Positions 32,115 through 40,676 of a stretch of 40,676 nt of DNA are shown here, piece after piece. The notes below the pieces were generated by a model. That model worked only from the letters and a program-made list of their open reading frames with translations. It was not told the DNA's origin and searched no databases. Position numbers and translations under genes: made by a program. The stretch comes from an uncultured Burkholderiales bacterium. Lineage in GTDB: Bacteria; Pseudomonadota; Gammaproteobacteria; Burkholderiales; Burkholderiaceae_E. Within the stretch, counting starts at the first letter, position 1; each line of letters starts with the position of its first letter. The stretch is from contig CAIUGQ010000126.1 in assembly GCA_903898725.1 (NCBI GenBank), positions 1 to 40,676 of the forward strand. Reading direction: 5' to 3'.

Positions 32115-34514
32115 ATGGGGTCGGCGAGCCCTATAATCGGCACCTGTCCGACCATCCGGCCTCCCATGAAGTCAGTGCGCGCCCGCCTCGCGCCGATCGA
32201 TCGTTCGCGGCGCGAACGGGGTTTCGGCCTGCTGACCCTGCTCACGGTCCTGGTGGTCGTGCCGCTGGCCCTCGCTGTCGCCGCGGCCCTGACGCTCGGG
32301 CTGGCGGCGGTGCTGGCGTCCGACCGGCTGCCGTCCCTCGATGTGCTGACCGACTACCGGCCCAAGGTCCCGCTGCGGATCTGGACGGCGGACGGCGTGC
32401 TGATCGGCGAGTTCGGCGAGGAGCGACGCAGCGTCGCCCGGATCGAGGACGTGCCTCAGGTCATGAAGCAGGCGATCCTGGCCGCCGAGGATGACCGGTT
32501 CTTCGAGCACAGCGGGGTCGACCTGCTCGGCATCGCGCGCGCGGCGCTCGCCAACGTGGCGGCGGGCGGCAAATCGCAGGGCGCGAGCACGATCACGATG
32601 CAGCTCGCGCGCAACTTCTTCCTCTCGAACGAGCGCAGCTACACCCGCAAGATCTACGAGATCCTGCTCGCGCTGAAGATCGAGACCCAGCTCACCAAGG
32701 AACAGATCCTCGAGATCTACCTGAACCAGATCTTCCTCGGCCAGCGCGCGTACGGCTTCGCGTCGGCGGCGCAGATCTACTACGGCAAGCCGCTCGCCAA
32801 GATCACCGCGGCCGAGGCGGCGATGCTCGCCGGACTGCCGAAGGCCCCGTCGGCCTACAACCCGGTGGTCAACCCCAAGCGCGCCCGGATCCGTCAGCAG
32901 TACGTGCTCGGCCGGATGCGCTCGCTCGGTTCGCTGACCGAGGAGCAGTACCAGGCGGCCATCAAGGAAGAGCTCCGGCTGCAGCCCGACCGCGGCGACT
33001 TCGCCGTCAAGGCACCGTATGTGGCGGAGTTCGCGCGGATGCTCGCCTTCGAGCAGTTCCGTGACGAGACCTACGTCGGCGGCCTCAACGTCTACACCAC
33101 GGTGCTCGCCGACGATCAGCGGGCGGCCAACGCGGCGGTGCGCCAGGGCGTGCTCGAGTACGACCGGCGCTACGGCTTCCGGGGTCCGGAGGCGCAGGTC
33201 GAGCTGCCGGCCGACCCGCAGCGGCGCGACGAGAAGATCGAGGAAGCCCTGCTCGAGGCCGGCGAGATCGACGACTTCCTGCCGGCGGTCGTCACCTCGG
33301 TGGAAGCGAAGGCGATCCGCGTCGCGCGCAGCCGGGGCCAGTCGGTCGAGATCACCGGCGACGGGCTGAAGCTGGTAGCGCCCTGGCTGTCGGAGAAGGC
33401 GCCGGTGGCGAGGCGTCTCAAGCCCGGCATGGTCATCCGCGTCGCCGAGGGCCCGAAGGGCTGGGAGGTCACCCAGGTGCCCGAGGTGCAGGCCGCGTTC
33501 GTGTCGGCCGACACCGGCGACGGCGCGATCCGCGCGATGGTCGGCGGCTTCGACTTCAACCGGAACAAGTTCAACCGGGTGACCCAGGCCTGGCGCCAGC
33601 CCGGGTCGAGCTTCAAGCCGTTCATCTACTCCGCCTCGCTCGAGAAGGGGTTCATGACCAGCACCATCATCAACGACGCGCCGGTGATCGTGGACCCGGC
33701 CGTCACCGGCGGTCAGGTCTGGGAGCCCAAGAACTACGACGGCAAGTTCGAAGGCCCGATGACGATGCGCACCGCGCTGGCGAAGTCGAAGAACATGGTC
33801 TCGATCCGGCTGCTGCAGGCGATCGGGCCGCAGTACGCGCAGGACTACGTGACGCGCTTCGGCTTCGACGCGGAGCGCCATCCGCCGTATCTCACGATGG
33901 CGCTGGGCGCCGGCGCGGTGACGCCCTGGCAGATGGTCGGGGGCATCTCGGTGTTCGCCAACGGCGGCTACCGCGTGGAGCCCTACCTGATCGCCCGCGT
34001 GACCGACGCGAGCGGCAAGGTGCTCGCCCAGGCGCGCCCGGCCAAGGCCGGCGACGAGGCCCTGCGCGCCATCGACGCGCGCAACGCGTTCCTGATGGAC
34101 AGCCTGCTGCGCGACGTCGTCCGCAAGGGCACGGCGACCGCGGCGCTGCGTCTGAAGCGCACCGATCTCGCCGGCAAGACCGGCACGACCAACGATTCGC
34201 ACGACGCCTGGTTCGCCGGGTACTCGCCGCGGGTCGCGGGCGTGGCCTGGGTCGGGTTCGACCAGCCGCGCAAGCTCGGCGACCGCGAGACCGGCGGCGG
34301 GCTCGCGCTGCCGATCTGGATCAACTACATGGCGGTCGCCCTCAAGGGCGTGCCCGACAAGCCGCTCGAGCCGCCGGCAGGCGTCGTGCAGCAGAACGGC
34401 GAGTGGTACTACGCCGAGACCCGGCCCGGTCAGGGCGTGGCCTCGCTCGGCGTCGCCGAGGACGGGCTGGGCACCGGCGAACGCGGCGAGCAGGTCCGCG
34501 AGCAGGTGTTCTAG
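32115..34514 (+). CDS. mrcA: penicillin-binding protein 1A (bifunctional glycosyltransferase/transpeptidase)
   Basis: 799-aa ORF. The ATG at 32115 follows GGAGG with a 9-nt spacer; an alternative ATG is at 32166 (MKSVRARL). GT51 motifs EDDRFFEHSGVD and RKIYEILLALKIE. Transpeptidase motifs SSFKP, SKN, KTGTT. Divergent from pilM, a classic arrangement. Confidence 0.95.
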   Translation: MGSASPIIGTCPTIRPPMKSVRARLAPIDRSRRERGFGLLTLLTVLVVVPLALAVAAALTLGLAAVLASDRLPSLDVLTDYRPKVPLRIWTADGVLIGEFGEERRSVARIEDVPQVMKQAILAAEDDRFFEHSGVDLLGIARAALANVAAGGKSQGASTITMQLARNFFLSNERSYTRKIYEILLALKIETQLTKEQILEIYLNQIFLGQRAYGFASAAQIYYGKPLAKITAAEAAMLAGLPKAPSAYNPVVNPKRARIRQQYVLGRMRSLGSLTEEQYQAAIKEELRLQPDRGDFAVKAPYVAEFARMLAFEQFRDETYVGGLNVYTTVLADDQRAANAAVRQGVLEYDRRYGFRGPEAQVELPADPQRRDEKIEEALLEAGEIDDFLPAVVTSVEAKAIRVARSRGQSVEITGDGLKLVAPWLSEKAPVARRLKPGMVIRVAEGPKGWEVTQVPEVQAAFVSADTGDGAIRAMVGGFDFNRNKFNRVTQAWRQPGSSFKPFIYSASLEKGFMTSTIINDAPVIVDPAVTGGQVWEPKNYDGKFEGPMTMRTALAKSKNMVSIRLLQAIGPQYAQDYVTRFGFDAERHPPYLTMALGAGAVTPWQMVGGISVFANGGYRVEPYLIARVTDASGKVLAQARPAKAGDEALRAIDARNAFLMDSLLRDVVRKGTATAALRLKRTDLAGKTGTTNDSHDAWFAGYSPRVAGVAWVGFDQPRKLGDRETGGGLALPIWINYMAVALKGVPDKPLEPPAGVVQQNGEWYYAETRPGQGVASLGVAEDGLGTGERGEQVREQVF

Positions 34515-34553
34515 GCTTCGCCGCCCGCCCGGCGCCTTGGCCGCGTCGGCGCC

Positions 34554-34985
34554 TTATCCGTAGTAGCCCGATCGGTCCGGCGTCGACCCGGTGTGGCGTC
34601 CGCTCGCCTCGTCGCGCGCGGTGGGCGAATCGGTCGGCACCGAGCGCAGCGCGACGGGTGGCGCGCCGGGATCGGGCGGCAGGCCGCCCCGCATCACCTT
34701 GAGCCGGTTGTCGATCGTGCGCACGCCCTCGCTGCGGCCCACGCTCGAGGCGATCGCATGCTTGGCGGGCGGGTCGGCCACGATGCCGGAGAGCGTGACC
34801 CGGCCGTCGATCACCGTGACCGACACGTCGCCGGCATCCAGGCCGGGCTCGCCGGCGAGCCGAGATCGGATGTCTGCCCGGATGGCCGCATCGGTGCGCG
34901 GTCCGGCTGCAGCGCCTGACACGGGTGGCATGTCGGACGGCGTGTGCCCCTCGGGGCGGGCGTCGGTGGTGGGGTCGTGCTGCAT
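34554..34985 (-). CDS. BON domain-containing protein (no signal peptide)
   Basis: This is the C-terminal part of the long 34554..36317 frame. The start is the ATG at 34985 after GGAGAG (MQHDPTTDARPEGHTPSDMPP...). BON core: AAIRADIRSRLAGEPGLDAGDVSVTVIDGRVTLSGIVADPPAKHAIASSVGRSEGVRTIDNRLKV. Confidence 0.75.
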   Translation of the reverse strand: MQHDPTTDARPEGHTPSDMPPVSGAAAGPRTDAAIRADIRSRLAGEPGLDAGDVSVTVIDGRVTLSGIVADPPAKHAIASSVGRSEGVRTIDNRLKVMRGGLPPDPGAPPVALRSVPTDSPTARDEASGRHTGSTPDRSGYYG

Positions 34986-35053
34986 GCAGGGCTCTCCGGC
35001 TTCGTTGCGCCGCCCCCGGGCAGGCATGCACCGTGCCCGGCGACTGCGCGTGC

Positions 35054-36139
35054 CTACAGGCCGCGACGAGGGGCGCCGGGGAAGATGGGCACCGGGCGGG
35101 CGTCTCGGGGCGTGGTCGAGGCGACCCGCAGGGCCGCTGCGGCGAGGCGCGAGGGCGCGGTGCGCGTGACCTCGGCTGCGGCCTGCGGTCGACGCGCGGC
35201 GAGGCGCGCCTCCTGATGCCAATGAGTGGCGTCCGCGAGACTGCCCAGCGTGGCCGCACTGATCGCGACGGTCCTGCGGTCCTGCTCGTGGAGCGTCTCG
35301 AGCGAGACGCCCTCGACCTCGAGCGAGGCGACGACCTCGAGCCCCGAGCGCGCGCCGTGGCCGATGACCCGCGGCACGTCCGATGCGTCGCGTCCGGTGC
35401 CCACGCGCAGCAGCGCGGCGCGCGGCACGCGGTGCGTCGGATCCAGCGCGAGCCACGCGTCGTCGACCAGCACCTCGATCCATGGATGCGGCACGACGGC
35501 GGTCGTGCTGCCGATCGGGACGGTGGTGACGAAGCGCGCGGGCAGGCCCGCCGCACGGCACATCGCAATGGCCAGATGGGCGAGCTCGGTCGCGGTACCG
35601 ACACCGCGCGCGAGCGTGGCGCGAACACCGCCCGCATCCTCGTCGCCCGGATCGGACATCGCCGCCTCGGCCGTCGGCACCCGGACGCGCCGGCGCACCC
35701 AGCGCTCGATGGCGAGCATCCGTTCGAACGGCGGGTCGATGTGCACGAACTCGCGGTCCGCCAGGGCCGTGAGCGTGTCGGAGGCGCACCAGCGGCTGGG
35801 CCGCAGGAAGCGCTGCGACTCCGGCGCGCCGAGGCGCAGCTGCGCGAGCGCGCCACGCCGCACGCGGGCCTGCGACGGACCGACGTGGAGCAGCCGCAGC
35901 CGCGCCTCGAGGTCGACGTCGAGGCGTCCGCCACGGGCATCGAGATGCAGGAAGCGCGTGGCGGTCGCGGCATCGACACGGACCGACTGGGCGCTCGCGC
36001 CGTGGACGCTCAGGCGCTCCATCGCCAGCTGCTGGTGGTGCGTGCAGGCCGGCAGCACCGCGAGCACCAGCACCGCACCGGGCGACGCCTCGCACCGCAG
36101 CCGCAGGCGGTAGCGCAATGCGATCAGTCGTTCGATCAT
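35054..36139 (-). CDS. transglutaminase-like superfamily protein (catalytic Cys apparently replaced)
   Basis: 361-aa ORF. The N-terminal Bact_transglu_N-like region is MIERLIALRYRLRLRCEASPG.... The core reads GVGTATELAHLAIAMCRAAGLPARFV...HPWIEVLVDDAWLALDPT, which aligns to the family pattern G-V-C-x-D-F-A-H-L...H-A-W-V-E-V...D-P-T. Confidence 0.75.
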   Translation of the reverse strand: MIERLIALRYRLRLRCEASPGAVLVLAVLPACTHHQQLAMERLSVHGASAQSVRVDAATATRFLHLDARGGRLDVDLEARLRLLHVGPSQARVRRGALAQLRLGAPESQRFLRPSRWCASDTLTALADREFVHIDPPFERMLAIERWVRRRVRVPTAEAAMSDPGDEDAGGVRATLARGVGTATELAHLAIAMCRAAGLPARFVTTVPIGSTTAVVPHPWIEVLVDDAWLALDPTHRVPRAALLRVGTGRDASDVPRVIGHGARSGLEVVASLEVEGVSLETLHEQDRRTVAISAATLGSLADATHWHQEARLAARRPQAAAEVTRTAPSRLAAAALRVASTTPRDARPVPIFPGAPRRGL

Positions 36140-36343
36140 GCAGGGTGGACCTGCAAGGAGCGCGCCCGACTTCGACGCCCTGCGACACGCGCCGTTCGAA
36201 CAGGGGTCGGTTGCGTCGCGGCGATCCGCCTCCGACCCGGCACCGGGTCGTGCTCCGACACCGCCGTCCCGCGCACGTCGCTAGATTGGCGCAGGTGGTC
36301 CGGCATCCCGAGGCCACGCGACGGCACGAGGCTGGGCGGGACG

Positions 36344-36721
36344 ATGATCGCTCTGATGGTCGAGGACTCGGCGCTGGTGCGCGGCCGGCTCATCCCCATG
36401 CTCGCGGCGTTCAGCGGCGTGCGGGTCGTCGCCTGCGCCGAGTCATCGCGTGATGCGCTGGCCTGGCTGCGCGACAACCGATGCGACCTGGTGCTGCTGG
36501 ACCTGTCACTGCACGGCGGCAGCGGCATCGGCCTGCTCGATGCGCTCGAGCACGCCCCGGACGTCGTCGGGGCGGTCCCGCGACGGATCGTGCTGACCAA
36601 TCACGCGAGCGATGCGGTCCGCCGGCACTGCGAGGCGCTGGGGGCCGCCGTGTTCGACAAGTCGATCGAACTCGACGAGCTGTTCGAGTTCCTCAGGCGT
36701 GGCCACTGCACCGTGCATTGA
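36344..36721 (+). CDS. stand-alone response regulator receiver (CheY-like) protein
   Basis: This is the tail of ORF 34925..36721. ATG at 36344 (MIALMVEDSALVRGRL...). Phospho-acceptor context DLVLLDLSL, then VLTNH and FDKS. About 125 aa with no output domain. Confidence 0.85.
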   Translation: MIALMVEDSALVRGRLIPMLAAFSGVRVVACAESSRDALAWLRDNRCDLVLLDLSLHGGSGIGLLDALEHAPDVVGAVPRRIVLTNHASDAVRRHCEALGAAVFDKSIELDELFEFLRRGHCTVH

Positions 36722-36759
36722 CGGACCGGCCGTCGCGGCGCACGGCCCGCGCCGCGTGG

Positions 36760-37422
36760 CTACTGGATCAGACCGTTCTTCATCGCGTAGTAGGTCACGT
36801 CGCTGTTCGAGCGCAGGGCCAGCTTCTCCAGCACGCGCGAGCGGTACGTGCTGATCGTCTTGAAGCTCAGGTTCAGCACGTTGGCGATCGCGGTCACCGA
36901 CTCGCCCTTGGCCAGCCTGAGGAAGACCTGCAGCTCCCGGTCCGAGAGCTGCGTGTGCGGCAGCTCGTCGCCGTGCGCACCCAGGCCGTTGGCGAGCAGG
37001 TCGCCGACCGCCTCGCTCACGAAGCGCCGGCCCTGCGCGACCGAGCGGATCGCGCGCAGCAGGTCCGCAGGCTCGCAGTCCTTGGGCAGGTAGCCGGACG
37101 CGCCGAGCTTGAGCATCTGCAGCGCGTAGTGCTGCTCGGGGAACGAGGACAGCATCAGCACCGGCAGCTCGGGCTTGCGCAGACGGATGGCACGCAGCAC
37201 GTCGACGCCGTTCTGCCCGGGCATCGAGATGTCGAGCAGCATCACGTCGCAGGCATCGCTGCGGACCATGTCGAGGGCCTCGCGGCCGGTCGGCGCCTCC
37301 TCGACGCTCTCCATGTCCGGCTGGCCGGAGAGGAACTGGCGAAAGCCGGCGCGAACGATCGGATGGTCGTCGCAGATGACGACCCGGAGCTTGCGGCTGG
37401 TGCTGCTCTGAGCGGGGTTCAT
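36760..37422 (-). CDS. NarL/FixJ-family (LuxR-type HTH) response regulator
   Basis: ORF 36760..37833, trimmed to the ATG at 37422 (MNPAQSSTSRKLRVVICDDHPIVRAGF). REC motifs DVMLLDISMPG and LMLSS. HTH: LSDRELQVFLRLAKGESVTAIANVLNLSFKTISTYRSRVLEKL. Confidence 0.93.
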   Translation of the reverse strand: MNPAQSSTSRKLRVVICDDHPIVRAGFRQFLSGQPDMESVEEAPTGREALDMVRSDACDVMLLDISMPGQNGVDVLRAIRLRKPELPVLMLSSFPEQHYALQMLKLGASGYLPKDCEPADLLRAIRSVAQGRRFVSEAVGDLLANGLGAHGDELPHTQLSDRELQVFLRLAKGESVTAIANVLNLSFKTISTYRSRVLEKLALRSNSDVTYYAMKNGLIQ

Positions 37423-37513
37423 GTCGTTCGTTCTCCTGACGGGCACCGTAATTGCTGACTTCGGTTGGACAGCCCGAGCGTGTCGGGTCTGCTGCAACGG
37501 AGATGCAACCATC

Positions 37514-38350
37514 GTGCCCGCCTCGAGCCGCCCTCCCACTCGACAACGCGTCGAACCCCCATCCCTGACTGCCGGTCCAGGCGACGACGCCCGCTTCGCG
37601 GCGTGGCTGCAGCGGACTCGCGAATCGGAGCGGGCAGCGCTCGCCCGCGAGCTGCACGACGAGCTCGGCGCCATCCTCACCGCGGCCCGCCTCGACGCCG
37701 CGTGGATCTCGGCGCAGCCCGCGAGCCATGAGCCGGCGATCGCGCAGCGGCTGGCGGCGCTGCAGCAGGTCCTGATGCAGGGCATCGAGCTCAAGCGCCG
37801 GATCATCGACGACCTGCATCCGACGATCCTCACGCATCTCGGCCTGCCGGCCGCGCTCGAGCAGCTGCTCGCCTCGCATCGGATGCGCTTTCCGGGCCGC
37901 GTGAGCGCCTCGCTCGACCCCGCCGTGCGGCTCGCCGGCGAACCCGCACTGGCGCTCTATCGGATCGTCCAGGAGGCGCTGACCAACATCCACAAGTACG
38001 CGCGTGCCGACCTCGTGCGGGTGACGCTGCGACGCGTGCAGGGTCGCATCGAGCTGGCGATCGACGACGACGGCACGGGCTTCGATGCCGATGCGGTCGG
38101 ACCCGACCGTCACGGCCTGGCGGGCATGCGGCATCGGATGCTCGCCGTCGGCGGCCGGCTGGCAGTGACCTCGACGAAGGGCTGCGGCACGTCGATCCGC
38201 GCGAGCCTGCCCGTGCCCGCTCGCGAGCGCGCGCAGACGAGCCCGCGTCGCCAGCCTTCGAGCATCCCGGCCGCGGCCTTCGGCGGCGGCAGCGGGCGGC
38301 AGCAGCCGCCTGCGCAGCAGCGCGTCACCGCGCCACACCTCCAACCCTGA
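37514..38350 (+). CDS. soluble HisKA_3-type (NarX/DesK-like) histidine kinase lacking a recognisable sensor domain
   Basis: ORF 37421..38350. H-box ELHDELGAILTAARLD, N-box QEALTNIHKYA, G1 DDDGTGF, G2 HGLAGMRHR. I prefer GTG 37514, which lies 10 nt after GGAGA. The ATG at 37421 would overlap the divergent regulator's start codon by 2 nt. Either way fewer than 80 residues precede the phospho-His and there is no TM segment. Confidence 0.8.
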   Translation: MPASSRPPTRQRVEPPSLTAGPGDDARFAAWLQRTRESERAALARELHDELGAILTAARLDAAWISAQPASHEPAIAQRLAALQQVLMQGIELKRRIIDDLHPTILTHLGLPAALEQLLASHRMRFPGRVSASLDPAVRLAGEPALALYRIVQEALTNIHKYARADLVRVTLRRVQGRIELAIDDDGTGFDADAVGPDRHGLAGMRHRMLAVGGRLAVTSTKGCGTSIRASLPVPARERAQTSPRRQPSSIPAAAFGGGSGRQQPPAQQRVTAPHLQP

Positions 38351-38367
38351 CACCAGAGAGACCCACC

Positions 38368-38781
38368 ATGAGCATCCTGAATCACGGCAACGCATCCGGC
38401 GCTGCAGACGCACGCGGCGGCAACGGCACCGACTCCCTCACGACCCAGCGCGGTCGCGGCGCACTGCACGCCGATGCGGACGGGCGCTCGGAGTTCGGCG
38501 ACTTCCTCGACGACCTCTCCGAGCTCGCCCGCGGCGCGGGCGGGCACGGCGACCTGCGCGGCGAGATCGAGCGGCGCGTGTCGCAGGCCCGCGGCCGCAT
38601 GGACGACGCGCTCGAGGAGGGCGTCGAGATGGGTCACCGCGCGCGCCGCGAGATGCGCCGCCAGATGCACCGCGGCCTCGACTACTCGCGCGACACCGTG
38701 ACGGAACGACCGCTGTCGGCCATGACGGCCGCGGCCATCGGCGGGCTGATCGTCGGGCTGCTGCTGACGCGGCGTCACTGA
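38368..38781 (+). CDS. DUF883 (ElaB/YqjD/YgaM-like) C-tail-anchored stress protein
   Basis: 137-aa ORF. It has a charged helical body (…DLRGEIERRVSQARGRMDDALEEGVEMGHRARREMRRQMHRG…) and a C-terminal anchor ERPLSAMTAAAIGGLIVGLLLTRRH, typical of DUF883. It starts 17 nt after the kinase stop. Confidence 0.75.
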   Translation: MSILNHGNASGAADARGGNGTDSLTTQRGRGALHADADGRSEFGDFLDDLSELARGAGGHGDLRGEIERRVSQARGRMDDALEEGVEMGHRARREMRRQMHRGLDYSRDTVTERPLSAMTAAAIGGLIVGLLLTRRH

Positions 38782-38803
38782 ACGACCGCGCTCAGGCGCC
38801 CGT

Positions 38804-38893
38804 CGTCCGCGGTCGTTGCATCCGCTGTCGTTCCATCCGCTGTCGTTCCATCCGCTTTCCTTTCGTCCGCTTTCCTTCCATCCACTCGGAGTC
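38804..38893 (+). repeat. 15-bp tandem repeat array, about 6 copies (consensus CATCCGCTGTCGTTC)
   Basis: Copies read directly from the sequence:
- cgtccgcggtcgttg (38804)
- catccgctgtcgttc (38819)
- catccgctgtcgttc (38834)
- catccgctttccttt (38849)
- cgtccgctttccttc (38864)
- catccactcggagtc (38879, degenerate; contains the SD of the next gene). Confidence 0.9.
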
Positions 38894-38899
38894 CCTTCC

Positions 38900-39226
38900 A
38901 TGACCCTCTCCCTTCCCTTCATCCGCCGCGCCGCCGTAGTCGTCGTGCTCGCCGCCGCGATGGGCGCCTGCTCGGTCGCACGCAACCAGGAGACCGTGGG
39001 TGCCTACGTCGACGACTCGCTGATCACCGCCGACATCAAGTCGAAGATGGCCTCGGACAAGGACGTCGCCGCGACGTCGATCAGCGTCGAGACGCTGAAC
39101 GGCGTCACTCAGCTCTCCGGCTTCGCGAAGTCGCAGCTCGAGAAGGAGCGGGCTGCCGAGATCGCCCGCCAGGCCAAGGGCGTACGCGCGGTGCGCAACG
39201 ACATCGTCGTGCGACCGCAGCAGTAA
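38900..39226 (+). CDS. BON domain lipoprotein (OsmY-like)
   Basis: ORF 38816..39226 (TTG), trimmed to the ATG at 38900 after GGAG (MTLSLPFIRRAAVVVVLAAAMGACSVARNQ, lipobox MGAC). BON core: VDDSLITADIKSKMASDKDVAATSISVETLNGVTQLSGFAKSQLEKERAAEIARQAKGVRAVRNDIVV. Confidence 0.85.
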   Translation: MTLSLPFIRRAAVVVVLAAAMGACSVARNQETVGAYVDDSLITADIKSKMASDKDVAATSISVETLNGVTQLSGFAKSQLEKERAAEIARQAKGVRAVRNDIVVRPQQ

Positions 39227-39248
39227 CGCGCTGCGGCGAGCGCCGTTG

Positions 39249-39277
39249 CGACGCGCGGACCCCGGGTCCGCGCGTCG
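39249..39277 (+). terminator. GC-rich perfect hairpin downstream of the BON lipoprotein gene (terminator-like, no U-tract)
   Basis: c-gacgcgcggacc-c-ggtccgcgcgtc-g is a palindrome of at least 12 bp centred at 39263, 23 nt after the stop codon. It lacks a T-run, so an intrinsic-terminator function is tentative. Confidence 0.45.
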
Positions 39278-39295
39278 TCCACGTGGTCAACGCGG

Positions 39296-40676
<1,381 letters not shown>

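Noticed and set aside
34342-36317. Long minus-strand ORFs (545 aa and 587 aa) spanning the BON/transglutaminase region, and plus-strand ORF 34925..36721 (598 aa)
   Set aside because: Only sub-segments are credible: the BON domain at 34554..34985 (SD plus ATG), the transglutaminase-like frame at 35054..36139, and the receiver at 36344..36721. The remainder is Arg/Pro/Ala-rich read-through typical of high-GC DNA.
38804-38893. Possible CRISPR array
   Set aside because: The repeats are directly adjacent with no spacers, the unit is only 15 bp, and there are no cas genes. This is a simple tandem repeat.
38816-38899. (HPLSF)n pentapeptide-repeat N-terminal extension of the BON lipoprotein
   Set aside because: It would require a TTG start with no SD. 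It would also bury the signal peptide and lipobox (MTLSLPF...AAMGAC) 28 residues inside the protein. The ATG at 38900 has a GGAG SD. The repeat is therefore treated as non-coding DNA, although its in-frame nature is noted.

Overview
Very GC-rich chromosomal segment (not computed; by eye about two-thirds or more G+C). Gene order is typical of Betaproteobacteria/Burkholderiales; that placement is inference from synteny only. About 36 genes are supportable.

Left to right:
- a truncated TRAP solute receptor
- a translationally coupled SDR plus amidohydrolase-2 (lactonase-like) pair
- a 5-gene Liv/HAAT-type ABC importer
- a divergent FadB-like bifunctional beta-oxidation enzyme plus thiolase
- two small cupins
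- a TerC/Alx membrane protein preceded by a yybP-ykoY (Mn2+) riboswitch-like leader
- a tight minus-strand chain gltB-gltD-panE-DUF1294
- a RayT/IS200-like HUH protein whose catalytic residues look substituted
- dGTPase-like HD protein, aroB and aroK
- an unexpected 634-aa Ig-like-repeat lipoprotein
- pilQPONM, then divergent PBP1A (mrcA)
- a regulatory/stress cluster: leaderless BON protein, transglutaminase-like protein lacking the catalytic Cys, stand-alone REC, NarL-type response regulator, sensor-less HisKA_3 kinase, DUF883/ElaB-like protein, OsmY-like BON lipoprotein, and a GAF-type histidine kinase running off the right edge

No rRNA, tRNA, CRISPR array or intact mobile element was seen.

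The most interesting candidates:
1. the Ig-like lipoprotein wedged into the conserved pilQ-aroK junction
2. the degenerate, apparently domesticated RayT-like gene between dgt and gltB
3. the BON/DUF883/pseudo-transglutaminase/two-component cluster at 34.5-40.7 kb, including a 15-bp tandem repeat array

Many long ORFs in the supplied track are GC-driven shadow frames and were rejected.
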